This document shows, piece after piece, positions 50,669 to 61,093 of a DNA stretch of 64,000 nucleotides. Below the pieces are notes generated by a model. It saw only the letters and a program-made list of their open reading frames with translations. It did no database searches and was not told the DNA's origin. Position numbers and translations under genes: made by a program. The DNA comes from Vicinamibacterales bacterium (GTDB lineage: Bacteria; Acidobacteriota; Vicinamibacteria; Vicinamibacterales; UBA8438). The stretch lies in contig OZ244656.1 in the NCBI GenBank assembly GCA_965218825.1, positions 964,915 through 1,028,914 on the forward strand, read 5' to 3'. The stretch's first letter is position 1, and each line of letters opens with the position of its first letter.

Positions 50669-53200
50669 ATGAGCCGTGTCACGACCAATACGCTGGCCAT
50701 TCCGGCCGCCGGCATCGGGGCGCGGACGCGGGTACGCCTCGCGGTCCGGGTGTTCCTCGCGTTCGCGGTGCTCCTGGCCGTCACGATCACGGCCACCTCC
50801 GCCACGCTGCTCTACAACTCCGCGACCGCCCTACGCGACGAGGCGGAAGCGGCCGCAGTGCACCTCGCGGAGATCCTGTCGGCGAGCTTCGCCGAGATGG
50901 GCGAAATCTCGCTGGCCAACGTCGCGCGTACGCTCGACGCGACGCTCGATAGCCAGATGGTGGCGCAGGCTCGCATCGCCGCCCATCTTGTCGCGGCGGC
51001 CGAGGCGGCCGGACAGCGCCCGACGCGCATTATCGAGACGCTCGACGCCGTCACGGCGACCACGGTGCTCGACGAGTTCTGGATTACCGACGAACAGGCG
51101 TTTGCCTATCTCACCAACGTCCGGGACGACACCGGGGCGCTGGTGCCGTTTCGGTTCGATCCCGATCCCACGGTGCAGCCGCAGGCGTCGAAGTTCTACG
51201 TCCTGCTCGCGGCGCCCCCCGGCGGCGACGACATCATCACGCAGCCCGCGCAGGTGCGGGAGATCGATCAGCAGGTCTACAAGTACGTCGGCGTCGGCGG
51301 GGTCGACAAGCCTCGGATCGTGCAGGTCGGCAATGCGATCGCTTTCGGCGAGCAGGAGATTCTGACCAACGTCTACGCGACGCAACGGGCCGACGTCTCT
51401 GCCGTCATCGAGGGGATTCTCGGCCAGCACATGGCGGCACAGGCGACGCTCGTGGACTACTTCGTTGCGGCCGCCGAGGAGGCCAGGTGGGCGGCGGCGG
51501 AGATCGACCGCCGGCTCAAGCGCATCGTCGACTCCACGGCCATCGGCGAGATTCGTATCGTGGACCCGGGCGGGGCTCCGGTCTACACCTCTCTGCCGGC
51601 ACCCCTCACCGGCGGCCCCGCCGCCGGCCTGGTGCAGGCCGGCGATCTGGTGCCGCTCTGGGACAGATCGGCGCGGGTCGTGGATCATCCGACGGCGCCG
51701 CGCGTCCCGGACGGCGCCGTCTACAAGTACGTCACGGTTGCGAGCGCCGACTCGCCGCAGATCGTGCAGGTCGGCATTCCGATTGAAGGGAGTTCAGGCA
51801 ACCTGCTCTATTCCGTGTACCAGCGCGAGGCGGACGTGCTGGTCCGCTCGCGGAACATCGAGGCGCTCTGGGTCGTCAATCTCGATCGCGATCTGGCGGC
51901 GTCGGCGCCGCGCGCGCGGCAGGCCGGCGGCGGCGCGGCTGATGCCGCCTACGTCTTCGCGACCCGCGCCGAGGCCGTCGTGGGGCAGGCGATGGACCAG
52001 GGGCGCGTCGTCAGCACGGCCAGCCTGAGCCTCCTGTCCCCCGCCGACCGCGGCGTCTGGGTGGCCTCGCCGATCATCAACACGGGCGGGATCCCGATCG
52101 GCGGCCTGGCCCTCGCCGTCAGCCTGGACGACATTGCACGCGCCGTCGTGACCGAAGGGCGGAACACGACGCTGATCGCGGTGGCGCTGCTCGGCCTTGC
52201 CGCCGCCGCCGCGGGCCGAGGCACGCGGTGGCTGACGCATCCGATTGAGGTCATCGCCGCCGCGGCCCAGCAGGTGGAGACGGGCCGGCAGCCGGACGCC
52301 GGAGCGATGGCGGCGGTGATCCGGCGCACCGACGAGCTCGGGAGCCTGGCGCGAGTCTTTTCCGACATGACGGTGCAGGTCTTCACCCGCGAAGAACACC
52401 TCGAGTTGCTGGTCTCGGAGCGGACCCGGGCGCTCCAGACGACCAACCGGCGACTCCAGCGCGCCCATGAGGCGATCGAGCAAGACCTGGCGATGGCGAA
52501 GGTGGTCCAGGCCGCACTGGTGCGCGAAGGGCAGGTGCAATTCGGCGACTTCGAAGCCTATGCGCGGATGACGCCGGCGCAACAGGTGGGCGGCGATTTC
52601 GTCGACATGCTGGAGCCGGTCGCCGGCACGCTCTTCGTCACCGTCGGCGACGTGTCCGGCAAGGGGGTACCGGCGGCCCTGTTCATGGCGGCGGCGCAAG
52701 GCGCGATCACCTCGGTGGCCTCCGGGACGCGCAAGATCGCCGCCATCGCCAGTGAAGTCAACCGCCGGCTGTGCCACGAGAATCCGATGGGGTTGTTCGT
52801 CACCTGCGTGCTGGCCATGGTCGATCTTGAGGAAGGCGTCGTCGAGTATGTCTGCGCCGGCCATGAACCGGCGGTGATCGTGCAGGCCGACGGCTCCCGG
52901 CGCGTGCTCCCCATGACCGGCGGGTTGGCAATGGGCATCATCGACGACTTCGAATACGACATGCGCCGCGAGAAACTGCACGTGGGGGAGACGCTCTTTC
53001 TCTATACTGACGGGCTGACCGACGCGGTGAACCTCGACGGCGAGTTGTTCGGCAAGGACCGGCTCGAGGCCACGCTCGACGGCGCGGCGCGGCGCTCGCC
53101 GGAGCAGATTGTGGACCACGTCTGGCACAGGATCGCCGACTTCTCCGCCGGGGCCGCGGCCGCTGACGACATGACCTGTTTGGTGCTGCGTCGGCACTGA
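50669..53200 (+). CDS. Membrane sensor PP2C phosphatase (SpoIIE/RsbU family) with HAMP domain
   Basis: Two TMs, HAMP (RTDELGSLARVF), VGGDF, GDVSGKG, AGH, LYTDGLTDA, DDMT. Confidence 0.92.
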   Translation: MSRVTTNTLAIPAAGIGARTRVRLAVRVFLAFAVLLAVTITATSATLLYNSATALRDEAEAAAVHLAEILSASFAEMGEISLANVARTLDATLDSQMVAQARIAAHLVAAAEAAGQRPTRIIETLDAVTATTVLDEFWITDEQAFAYLTNVRDDTGALVPFRFDPDPTVQPQASKFYVLLAAPPGGDDIITQPAQVREIDQQVYKYVGVGGVDKPRIVQVGNAIAFGEQEILTNVYATQRADVSAVIEGILGQHMAAQATLVDYFVAAAEEARWAAAEIDRRLKRIVDSTAIGEIRIVDPGGAPVYTSLPAPLTGGPAAGLVQAGDLVPLWDRSARVVDHPTAPRVPDGAVYKYVTVASADSPQIVQVGIPIEGSSGNLLYSVYQREADVLVRSRNIEALWVVNLDRDLAASAPRARQAGGGAADAAYVFATRAEAVVGQAMDQGRVVSTASLSLLSPADRGVWVASPIINTGGIPIGGLALAVSLDDIARAVVTEGRNTTLIAVALLGLAAAAAGRGTRWLTHPIEVIAAAAQQVETGRQPDAGAMAAVIRRTDELGSLARVFSDMTVQVFTREEHLELLVSERTRALQTTNRRLQRAHEAIEQDLAMAKVVQAALVREGQVQFGDFEAYARMTPAQQVGGDFVDMLEPVAGTLFVTVGDVSGKGVPAALFMAAAQGAITSVASGTRKIAAIASEVNRRLCHENPMGLFVTCVLAMVDLEEGVVEYVCAGHEPAVIVQADGSRRVLPMTGGLAMGIIDDFEYDMRREKLHVGETLFLYTDGLTDAVNLDGELFGKDRLEATLDGAARRSPEQIVDHVWHRIADFSAGAAAADDMTCLVLRRH

Positions 53201-53286
53201 ATCCAGTCGCGGCGGCGCCCGCGCGCTGTTTCTTTCCAGGGCCCGCGCTCGGTATAGTGCAAGCGTTCGCCGTGAGGGTCGCCCCG

Positions 53287-53718
53287 ATGATGTTTGAAGA
53301 CTTACACGTGACGCTGTCGCCCCGGTTGTCGGCGGTGCGCAACCTGTCTCGGATGGTGGAGGCGTTCGGCGCCGCCAACCAGTTGCCAGAGCCGAAGATC
53401 TACATGGTCAACCTGGCGCTCGATGAACTGATCACCAACGCCGTGACCTACGGCTTCGATGGGATCGCGTGTCCGAAAATCGAGATCACCGTGCGGGTCA
53501 CCGACACGGCCTTGGTCCTGACGATGGTGGACAACGGGACGAAGTTCGATCCCACGGCCGACACGCACCCCGATGTGTCGTCAGGGATCGCGGAGCGGGC
53601 TGTGGGCGGCCTGGGGTTGCACCTGGTCAAGACGTTCGCCGACCGCGTGAGCTACGAGTGTGTGGACGGCAGGAACCGGGTGACGCTGGAACACGATCTG
53701 ACACCGGTGGGCGGGTGA
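53287..53718 (+). CDS. RsbW-like anti-sigma factor Ser kinase
   Basis: LALDELITNAV, DNGTKFDP, GGLGLHLV. Confidence 0.9.
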   Translation: MMFEDLHVTLSPRLSAVRNLSRMVEAFGAANQLPEPKIYMVNLALDELITNAVTYGFDGIACPKIEITVRVTDTALVLTMVDNGTKFDPTADTHPDVSSGIAERAVGGLGLHLVKTFADRVSYECVDGRNRVTLEHDLTPVGG

Positions 53719-53748
53719 CGCGGTCGGTCGCGCGAGGTATATCAATCA

Positions 53749-54090
53749 ATGGATATCGAAGTTGCGGAAGAACGAGATCACGACGCGCTGGTGCTCCTCC
53801 CCATTGGACGATTGGACAGTGGGAACGCCCACTCGTTTGAATCGATCGTCATGAAACACATCAGCGGCGGCGAGCAACGGCTGATTGTTGATTTCAGCCG
53901 TCTGACCTTCATCAGTAGTTCCGGCATGCGGGTGCTCCTGATCGCCACCAAGGCACTGCACGCGAGCCAGGGGAAGATCGCCCTCTGCGCCATGCAGAAC
54001 CATATCGAGGAGGTCTTCCGGATCAGCGGCTTCGATCGGATCATCTCGATCCGTGACTCGCGGAAATCGGCGCTGGACGTCGTCGCCTGA
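53749..54090 (+). CDS. RsbV-like anti-anti-sigma factor (STAS)
   Basis: GRLD, DFSRLTFISSSGMRVL, VFRISGF. Confidence 0.92.
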   Translation: MDIEVAEERDHDALVLLPIGRLDSGNAHSFESIVMKHISGGEQRLIVDFSRLTFISSSGMRVLLIATKALHASQGKIALCAMQNHIEEVFRISGFDRIISIRDSRKSALDVVA

Positions 54091-54091
54091 C

Positions 54092-54222
54092 GCGCGAGGG
54101 CGACACACCGTGGTGGTGCATAGCATGGACCGGCTGGCGCGCAACCTCGACGACCTGCGGCGCATCGTGCAGCAGCTGACCAGCCACGGCGTGCGCATCG
54201 AGTTCGTCAAGGAACAGCTGGG
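54092..54222 (+). pseudogene. Serine recombinase (resolvase) fragment
   Basis: VVVHSMDRLARNLDDLRRIVQQLTSHGVRIEFVKEQL. Confidence 0.75.
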
Positions 54223-54409
54223 GTCCGAGCCGGTCGCGCTGATAAATCGTGTGAGGTAGGGCGGATAGTGAATAATGTGCGGCTTAAAATTTGGGGCTGT
54301 CGACCTCGACAGATCTTTTTCGAGCGCATGCGTAGAATCAATGTAAGCTCCCGCGTCGACCCGACAGCCTATGACTGGCGATCTGACACTCTGGCCCGCG
54401 CCAGCACAT

Positions 54410-54834
54410 CACCGCGCGGGCGAGATGCTGACCGCGTCGCGAGAGCGTGGTGTGATCGGGTGCCGTGAGATCGACGCCCAGCATCCCGAAGATCGATGTC
54501 AAGACGCCCTCGGTCTGACGCAACGGTACGTGGAAGATGAGACTGAGCGTCAGGGCGGTTTCGATGGCGAGATCGGAATACTGGAGTTGCCCGCTCCGCC
54601 TGCCGACGCCAGCCGCTGCCCACGTGGCGATCGCGTCGGGCGTGAGCCAGAGGGTGACGTCGCCTCGCCGCACGAGGGCTCGGTCGTATTCGGCCCAGTT
54701 CCCGACGCGATACGTTGTCGTGTACGTCGGATGCACTCTCGACTTCACATCGAGATCATGACCCGCCGGCGGTCGCGATGGTCAACATGCCGGCCACTGC
54801 TCGCCCACCGCGCTGAATCAGCGCACCAACGCCG
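54410..54834 (-). pseudogene. IS5 (IS903-group) transposase 5' fragment with element end
   Basis: YRVGNWAEYDRALVRRGDVTLW, YSDLAIE, PLRQTEG, PDHTTLSRR. Confidence 0.8.
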
Positions 54835-55230
54835 ACGCTCGAGGCCAATGCGGCCCTGCGGAGCATCGTGCGGCGAGATTCGGGCGAAACGTATCAGGAG
54901 TTTCTGACGCGGCTGGCGCAGGCCTCGGGCATCGAGACGCCGACGCGGGCGGATCTGGCGCGGTTGGATCGGACGCGGCCCGAAGAAGGGCTGCAACACG
55001 GACTGGCAGCATCCGCACGACCCCGACGCGCGCATCACGAAGATGAAGGACGGCCGCACGCACCTCGCGCACAAAGCCGAGCACGCGGTCGACATGGAGA
55101 CCGGCGCCATCGTGGGCGTGACCGTCCAAGGGGCCGATCAGGGTGACACCACGACGATCGCGGAGACGCTCACGGCTGCGGCTGAGGACTTGGAGGCTGT
55201 GGCCACGGTGACTGACGACGACACGGGGGT
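54835..55230 (+). pseudogene. IS1182-like transposase internal fragment, frameshifted
   Basis: RRDSGETYQEFLTRLAQASGIETP; HPHDPDARITKMKDGRTHLAHKAEHAVD. Confidence 0.7.
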
Positions 55231-55511
55231 GATTAAAGCGCTTTTCAGATAGCCCTTGTACTGCTTGGGCTCGTCGTGGTACTTCTGCATGCACCAATGC
55301 AGGAGGACCGATGCAAGCCTATTCGATGGATCTCCGAGGTCACGCACACGAACAGGAGGGTCATTTGACCCCCCCTTTGTGATACGCCTCCGCGAAGTCA
55401 TCCAGCGCCAAGAGCAATTCAGGGTCGAGCCGCCCCGTGTGTGTTGAGCTGTTCGATGGTGAGCACTTGGAGCATGAGCGAACACTTCGAGAAACAACAG
55501 CGCCGAGTCGA

Positions 55512-56240
55512 CTAGCTGATTAGCAACCGGAACGCCCGCACCCACTCCGACGGGACCCGACCGGTCTGGTTGCAGCGGGCATCGAGTTCCGCATGAAGTT
55601 CGGCACCATACGGCACGACGATGTAGCCAGTCTTCCGATCACCGACCATCAGGCAGTCTTTCTGCTCTGCCAAGTACAGCGCTACAAGCAGGCATAGACA
55701 AGCATCCAGTCCGTCCTGATCGCGCTTGCGTGGCGAAGTCTTCCGGGTAGCGTCCTCGATCCACCGAACGATTTCCACGAGTCCGCGCTCACTGAATGCA
55801 CCTGACGCCTTCTTGCAGACGTGCTTCCAGTCCGAGATCGAAAACGTTTGCCGGCGCTCCGGGTTGTATTTGGGCAGGCGACCTGCAGGGCGTATATCTG
55901 GAAGCGTCCAGAGGAGCGCAATCATCGTCAGCACGGGATAGGTCTCGAACACCCGCGTGTCGGCGACAGGCTCCATGGGATCTGCCGGTCCGCCAAACCG
56001 GGTGAGGAACGGCCACATCGGTGCGTCCCGGCCAAACATCTCCTCCTTAGAGGTATTGGCCGGCTGCATCCCGCCGCGCCGGCGGTCGACCACAGACCCA
56101 ACAATGTTCTCGACAGGTCGCTGGCCCGTGGGGTTCTCTACGATGGTGGGCTGGTCGAGCAGTACGATGGTCGACGTCGGCAGCTGCTCGGCTTGCCACT
56201 GAAGAATGACGCCTTGAGCTTGAGAATAGACGACGCGTCC
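55512..56240 (-). pseudogene. DUF429-like (RNase H fold) protein lacking its N-terminus
   Basis: VLLDQPTIVENPTGQRPVE, FETYP, DQDGLDACLC, GYIVVP. Confidence 0.6.
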
Positions 56241-56320
56241 GCGCGAGGCGATCGTGGCACGGATGTTCTCGCCTCGGGCGTGATCCACTCGCCGGGCGGC
56301 TGCGCCGCCGGAGCACAAAC

Positions 56321-57115
56321 ATGCACAGCCAAGTCCATAGCTCACGTAACGGCCCAATCGGACGGTTTCTGGCCGTCCCCGCCAGCCTGTTGGGGGCCGT
56401 GCTCGTCTATGCGCAGGTCACAGGGCTCCCCATACCGCTGTACGCGCTGGTGTACGCCGCATATCTTTTCGCCCCGGCCTCGGTGCTGCTTCTTGGTCGG
56501 GCTCGCCGCAGCCGATGGGTCCCGCTCTGGGGACTGGTTGCGGCCAGTCTCTTCTGGCTCCCGATTGAGTTCGCCCTGCTGCCCGCTCTGCCGGTTCCAC
56601 CGCCGAATGGCTACGACGTCAGCCGGGGCGTGGGCATCGTTGCGGCATTCCATTTGTTTCTCGTGGCGTGGCCGCTGGCCGGGATCGGATGCACCTTAGC
56701 GCTCGACGGACGGGACTTCCGAGTGGCGGGCGTGGCGTGGGCGGCATACGCAACCGTGGCGCTGCCGCTCGGGTTGCGCACGGGCTTTTTGACCTGGCAC
56801 CCGGCGGTCGATGTTGCGGGGCTCCTGGCGACGCCGGTGCTCATCTATACGCTCACGGCCGTGCCAGAGGAGTTTCTCTTCCGCGGGGTGATTCAGAATC
56901 TCCTGACACGCTGGTGGGGACCGCGTATCGGGCTCGGGGTCGCCGCCGGCGTTTTTGGGCTGGCGCACCTCCCCGATCTTCGCTATGTGCTCCTCGCCAC
57001 GCTGGCCGGGATCGGGTATGGGTGGGTGTATGCCCGGACCGGCAAGATTACCGCGTCGGCCCTGACGCACACCGGGGTGAACTGGATCTGGGGGTTGTTC
57101 TTGTCGTACCCGTGA
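56321..57115 (+). CDS. CPBP/Abi (CAAX protease-like) intramembrane protein
   Basis: EEFLFRG, FGLAH and ALTHTGVN motifs. Confidence 0.85.
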   Translation: MHSQVHSSRNGPIGRFLAVPASLLGAVLVYAQVTGLPIPLYALVYAAYLFAPASVLLLGRARRSRWVPLWGLVAASLFWLPIEFALLPALPVPPPNGYDVSRGVGIVAAFHLFLVAWPLAGIGCTLALDGRDFRVAGVAWAAYATVALPLGLRTGFLTWHPAVDVAGLLATPVLIYTLTAVPEEFLFRGVIQNLLTRWWGPRIGLGVAAGVFGLAHLPDLRYVLLATLAGIGYGWVYARTGKITASALTHTGVNWIWGLFLSYP

Positions 57116-57217
57116 GCGCGAGGATGATGACCTCGCGGGTAACGCCTGGCACGCAGCCGGCCGCCTGAAACGCGCGCTGACCTGACACTGCCTCGGCCAG
57201 ATCAGTATGTGTCGCCC

Positions 57218-57950
57218 AGGCCGTGTGAAAAGTCCAAGTCGTGGGTCGCTGATCCGGCAGCATCGAGGCTTGAGCACGGTGGCGGGCTCGCGATGGCGAC
57301 GCCGATCAGTCGGGGCGTCGGTCGTGTCGGTCGCGTGAGAGACTGCTGCGATCGCCTGCCGGCCAGATTCGGGCTGATTGTCGCCCTGGAAGCGGGCGAA
57401 ATAGGGGTTCAGCCGGCTGCCGCGGCGATCATCGCGGGAAGTCCCGCGAGATTGATCGCGCGTCGCATGTTGTAGGCCAAGGCGGTGAGGCTGAACTCCC
57501 CGCGGACGTTGTCGAGTCGACGCGTCAGGAACGCGCCCTGGCCCATCCACTGCTTGATCGACCCGAAGGGATGTTCGACGGACTCCCGACGACGGTCCAT
57601 CACCTCGGGCCGCGCCGCGAGGCGATCCGCCATCCGATCCATCGTGGCTTCGTTCTCGTAGCGGACGAGCCGTCGGTGGGTGCCTTTGGTGCATCGGTCG
57701 CGTCGATCGCAGGACCGGCAGGCTGCGCGATTACCGTAGCTGATAACCCAGATCCCGTCGCGGGTCTTGCCGGCCCTGCCCCGATACAAGGGCACCAGAC
57801 GCTGGCCAGCCGGACAACGGTAGGTGTCGGTTGCGGCGTCGTACTGGAACTCGGACTTGGTAAAGTGGCCGCTGCTCCTGGCTGGGCGTCTATCGGGCTT
57901 CGGCACGAGGGGCGTGATCCCCCCAGCTTCGCAGTCCTCCATGTCCGGCA
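57218..57950 (-). pseudogene. IS1182 transposase 3' part with element end
   Basis: FQYDAATDTYRCPAG, CRSC...RCT, RRRESVEHPFGSIK, ALAYNMRR; end TTTTCACACGGCCT. Confidence 0.8.
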
Positions 57951-58203
57951 CCTGCCGTAAGGCGGGTGTACATCCCCAAACCAGGGAAGCGCGAGAAGCG
58001 TCCGATTGGCGTGCCATGTGTGGCCGACCGGGCGCTGCAGCGCAGCGTCGCCCACGTGTTGTCCGCCATCTACGAGGAGGACTTCCTGCCCTGCTCGTTC
58101 GGCGGGCGGCCGGGTCAAGGTGCCCATCACGCCCTCGCCACGCTCACGGAAGTGATAGCGGGGCGGAAGGTGAGCTGGGTCCTTGAGGCGGATTTGAAGA
58201 ACT
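57950..58203 (+). pseudogene. Third group II intron RT fragment, cut by IS6
   Basis: VRRVYIPKPGKREKRPIGVP..ADRALQ...FLPCSFGGRPG..AH...WVLEADLKN. Confidence 0.82.
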
Positions 58204-59026
58204 GGATGTGTTGCAACTTTGGCCAGCGGCGGGCCTGGTAGCCTAACAAGATCATGAAGCAGCCAATCCGACCGGCGATCTTCAAGTGGCGGCAGACGGC
58301 TCCGGAGGTGATTCTTTGCGCCGTGCGCTGGTATCTTCGGTACTCACTCTCGCTCCGCGATGTCGAAGAGCTCCTCGATGCACGCGGCCTGCAAGCGGAC
58401 CACACGACGGTCTGGCGCTGGGTGCAGCGCTACGGGCCGGAACTCGAGCAGAGGCTGCGCCGGCATCTCAAGCCAACCAACAAATCCTGGCGTGTTGATG
58501 AAACCTATGTGCGGGTCAAGGGCCGCTGGTGCTATTTGTATCGGGCTATTGATTCCACAGGCGCCACCATCGACTTCCTCCTGTCAGCGCTCCGCGATGC
58601 TGCGGCGGCCAAACGGTTGTTTCGCCAGGCGCTCAGCGATCCATCGCATCCGCAGCCCCGCGTCATCAACACCGATCAGGCCCGCCTCTACGGCGCGGCG
58701 ATTCCAGCCGTGAAAGAGGACGGCACCCTGCGCGGCCGCTGCCGCCATCGGCCGGTCCAATACTTGAACAATATCCTGGAGCAGGACCATCGAGCGATCA
58801 AACGACGGGTAAAGGCCAAACAGGGGTTTCGCGAGTTTCACGCGGCGCGGCGGACAATCCAAGGCTACGAGGCGATGCACATGATTCGGAAGGGGCAGGC
58901 GAGGTGGGTGAGCGGCTCGGATGTGTGGCGCCAGATTCAGTTCATCAACAGGCTGTTCGAGGTGGCGGCATGAGACCTCGATACCGAAACGGCTTCCGTC
59001 ACCACTTTCAAAGTTGCAACACTTCC
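58204..59026 (+). mobile_element. IS6-family insertion sequence, copy 2 (transposase 58254-58973)
   Basis: Protein identical to 33981-34700; same IRs. Confidence 0.92.
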
Positions 59027-59052
59027 GTCTATTGATAACCGATCAGACACAG

Positions 59053-59100
59053 GGCCTTCTAAGCCGAGGGTCGCAGGTTCGAATCCTGCCGGGCGTGCCA
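59053..59100 (+). other. 3' half of tRNA-Arg(TCT): probable att site of an integrative element
   Basis: GGCCTTCTAAGCCGAGGGTCGCAGGTTCGAATCCTGCCGGGCGTGCCA; no matching 5' half upstream. Confidence 0.8.
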
Positions 59101-59262
59101 TTTCCCGCCAGATCTTGCGCGTTGCGCCATGTCGTGACCACTCCTGGGGTCACCGCTCACCATCACGACCGGTCACATCGCGCCGACGATTAGCGTGCTG
59201 AAGTACGGGGCGGGCACGTTCTGCTTTACTTCCAGTGGAATCGACAGCATGGTGTCGCTGTC

Positions 59263-59529
59263 ATGGCGAGGGACCCGGCATCGTCGCCAAGTGTGGAAGA
59301 GGCCCTGAGGGCCGCCGCAGCCCGATTCGCGCTGCTGGCAGATGTCCTGGAACTCCAGGCCCTCGGCATCGAACGTGCCGACCAGCCCGTGGGCCCGGAA
59401 GGCTCTCGAGCGCTGGCGGAAACGTGCCAACAGGCCGTCGGGGACCTGGAGCGACTCCTGAGCGCACTCCCCGTGGAGCTGCTCAACTGGTCAGACGCGG
59501 CCACGCGGAAGAGGGGCCGGCACCCATGA
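59263..59529 (+). CDS. Small hypothetical protein
   Basis: 88-aa ORF with an ATGA overlap to the next gene. Confidence 0.45.
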   Translation: MARDPASSPSVEEALRAAAARFALLADVLELQALGIERADQPVGPEGSRALAETCQQAVGDLERLLSALPVELLNWSDAATRKRGRHP

Positions 59530-60113
59530 GTCTGATGCGAACCTATCGTCGGGCGCTCCGCTTGTCGCAGTCGGCGTTCGCGGCGCAGTTGAACGTGCCG
59601 CGTGAGACCTACCGCCCCTGGGACGCGGGCCGCCGCGAGCCACCGGCACACCTCCTCACCAGAGCCAGGACCCTGGCAGGCTATCCGGATGAGACGGTGC
59701 TTCTGCCGTTGCCGGTCCTGGCGTCGATGATCGGCGTGCACGTTCGCACGCTGCACGCAGCCGCGCGGTCAGGCCGACTCGTGGTGGCCTACGATACGCG
59801 GACAACCTTCCGCCGCTTGCGACCGAGGGCAACCCTGAAGCACGCGCTGGACTTTCGTCGGCACTACTACGGCACGCAGCGCCGCCCGCCCTCCACGCCA
59901 GAGCCACTGACCTGGGCCTCCGTTCCCGAGGACTATGACGTGCAACTCAAAGCGCTGCGCAGACACCTTGACATCAGCCAGGCTGGATTGGCGCGCATGG
60001 TCGGCGCCGCCGGGAAGGCCGTCGTCTATCAATGGGAAGCGCGGAAACGCACGCCGTCGCCCGTGTTCTGGCAACGCCTCACCACGCTCTTCACGACAGC
60101 GGCCAGCCCGTGA
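59526..60113 (+). CDS. Multi-HTH (XRE / excisionase-like / XRE) DNA-binding protein
   Basis: LSQSAFAAQLNV...WDAGRREP; LASMIGVHVRTLHAAARSGRL; ISQAGLARMVG...VYQWEARKRTPS. Confidence 0.7.
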   Translation: MSLMRTYRRALRLSQSAFAAQLNVPRETYRPWDAGRREPPAHLLTRARTLAGYPDETVLLPLPVLASMIGVHVRTLHAAARSGRLVVAYDTRTTFRRLRPRATLKHALDFRRHYYGTQRRPPSTPEPLTWASVPEDYDVQLKALRRHLDISQAGLARMVGAAGKAVVYQWEARKRTPSPVFWQRLTTLFTTAASP

Positions 60114-60609
60114 CAACAGGACCCGCGGCAGCCAAGCCCAGCGTGCAGCCCTGACTGGCGCAGCGAACAACGCCGTCGTCTATCAGTGGGAGGCGCGAGA
60201 CAACAAGACTACCTTTCGCCGGCTCCGATCCCGCGCGACTCCCGCCGCGGCCAGAGCGTTTCGGCGGTCGTACTATGGGCGGACGGTTCGCCCAGCCGAT
60301 CGTCGTGCGCCCCTCACGTGGTCGACGGTGCCGGTCGACTACGACCGGCGTATCCTGGAGCTCAACAACGACGTGGCCGACCTCGACGACCTCATCGAGC
60401 CCCTCGTCACCGACCTCGGCTTCCATCGATCATTCGGACACGCCCGAGAACGTCGGGATCCTGATCCCCGAGGAACTGCGCCGGCGGCTGGGCCAGCCCG
60501 CCCTCCGAGAGCGCAAGCGCAACGCCCGCTGCGACGCCGGTTCCCGCGGTGCCACCGATCGGACTGCTGGTGCTGGCCTTGCTGCTGGGCGCAGGCAGGT
60601 TCGTCATCG

Positions 60610-61007
60610 GATACCGCCGGCCGCAACGGTGACCGCGACGCTCGACACGCCGGCCCCGGCGACCGGCCTGACGCTGACGACGGGCGGCACGGCGACGCTC
60701 GCCACCGACTACACGCTCTCATCGACGACGATCACGCTCGCCGCGGGCAAGACGGCGGGCACGGTGACGATCACGGTCATCGACGACGGCGAGACCATCG
60801 TCCTTGACGCCGCGAGCACGACCCCGGCGCTGACCGCCGAGCCCCTCACCCTCACCATCGAGGACAACGACGTGATGCCGGTGCCGGCGCTGCCGCGCCA
60901 GAGGGTGCTGTGGCTCGGCCTGCTGCTCACGGTGCTCGGCGCCGCAGGGCTGCGCCTGCGGGATCGCCCCCGCACCGATCACGCCCTCGTCGCCCGCGTC
61001 CCCGTGC
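60610..61007 (+). pseudogene. C-terminal remnant of a surface protein (Calx-beta-like repeat plus IPTL-like sorting tail)
   Basis: GGTATLATDYTLS...ITLAAG.TAGTVTITVIDD...LTIEDND, then PVPALP...LWLGLLLTVLGAAGLRLR. Confidence 0.65.
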
Positions 61008-61081
61008 GGGTGCTTCCGCCATCAACTGTTGCTACCCCGCCCTTATCTCATTCTAACCAAACCGCTTAGACTAGATATTCA
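61008..61081. repeat. 74-bp dispersed repeat, copy 2
   Basis: Matches 17560-17633 with 2 substitutions, same orientation. Confidence 0.85.
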
Positions 61082-61093
61082 GTGCCAGAGAGG

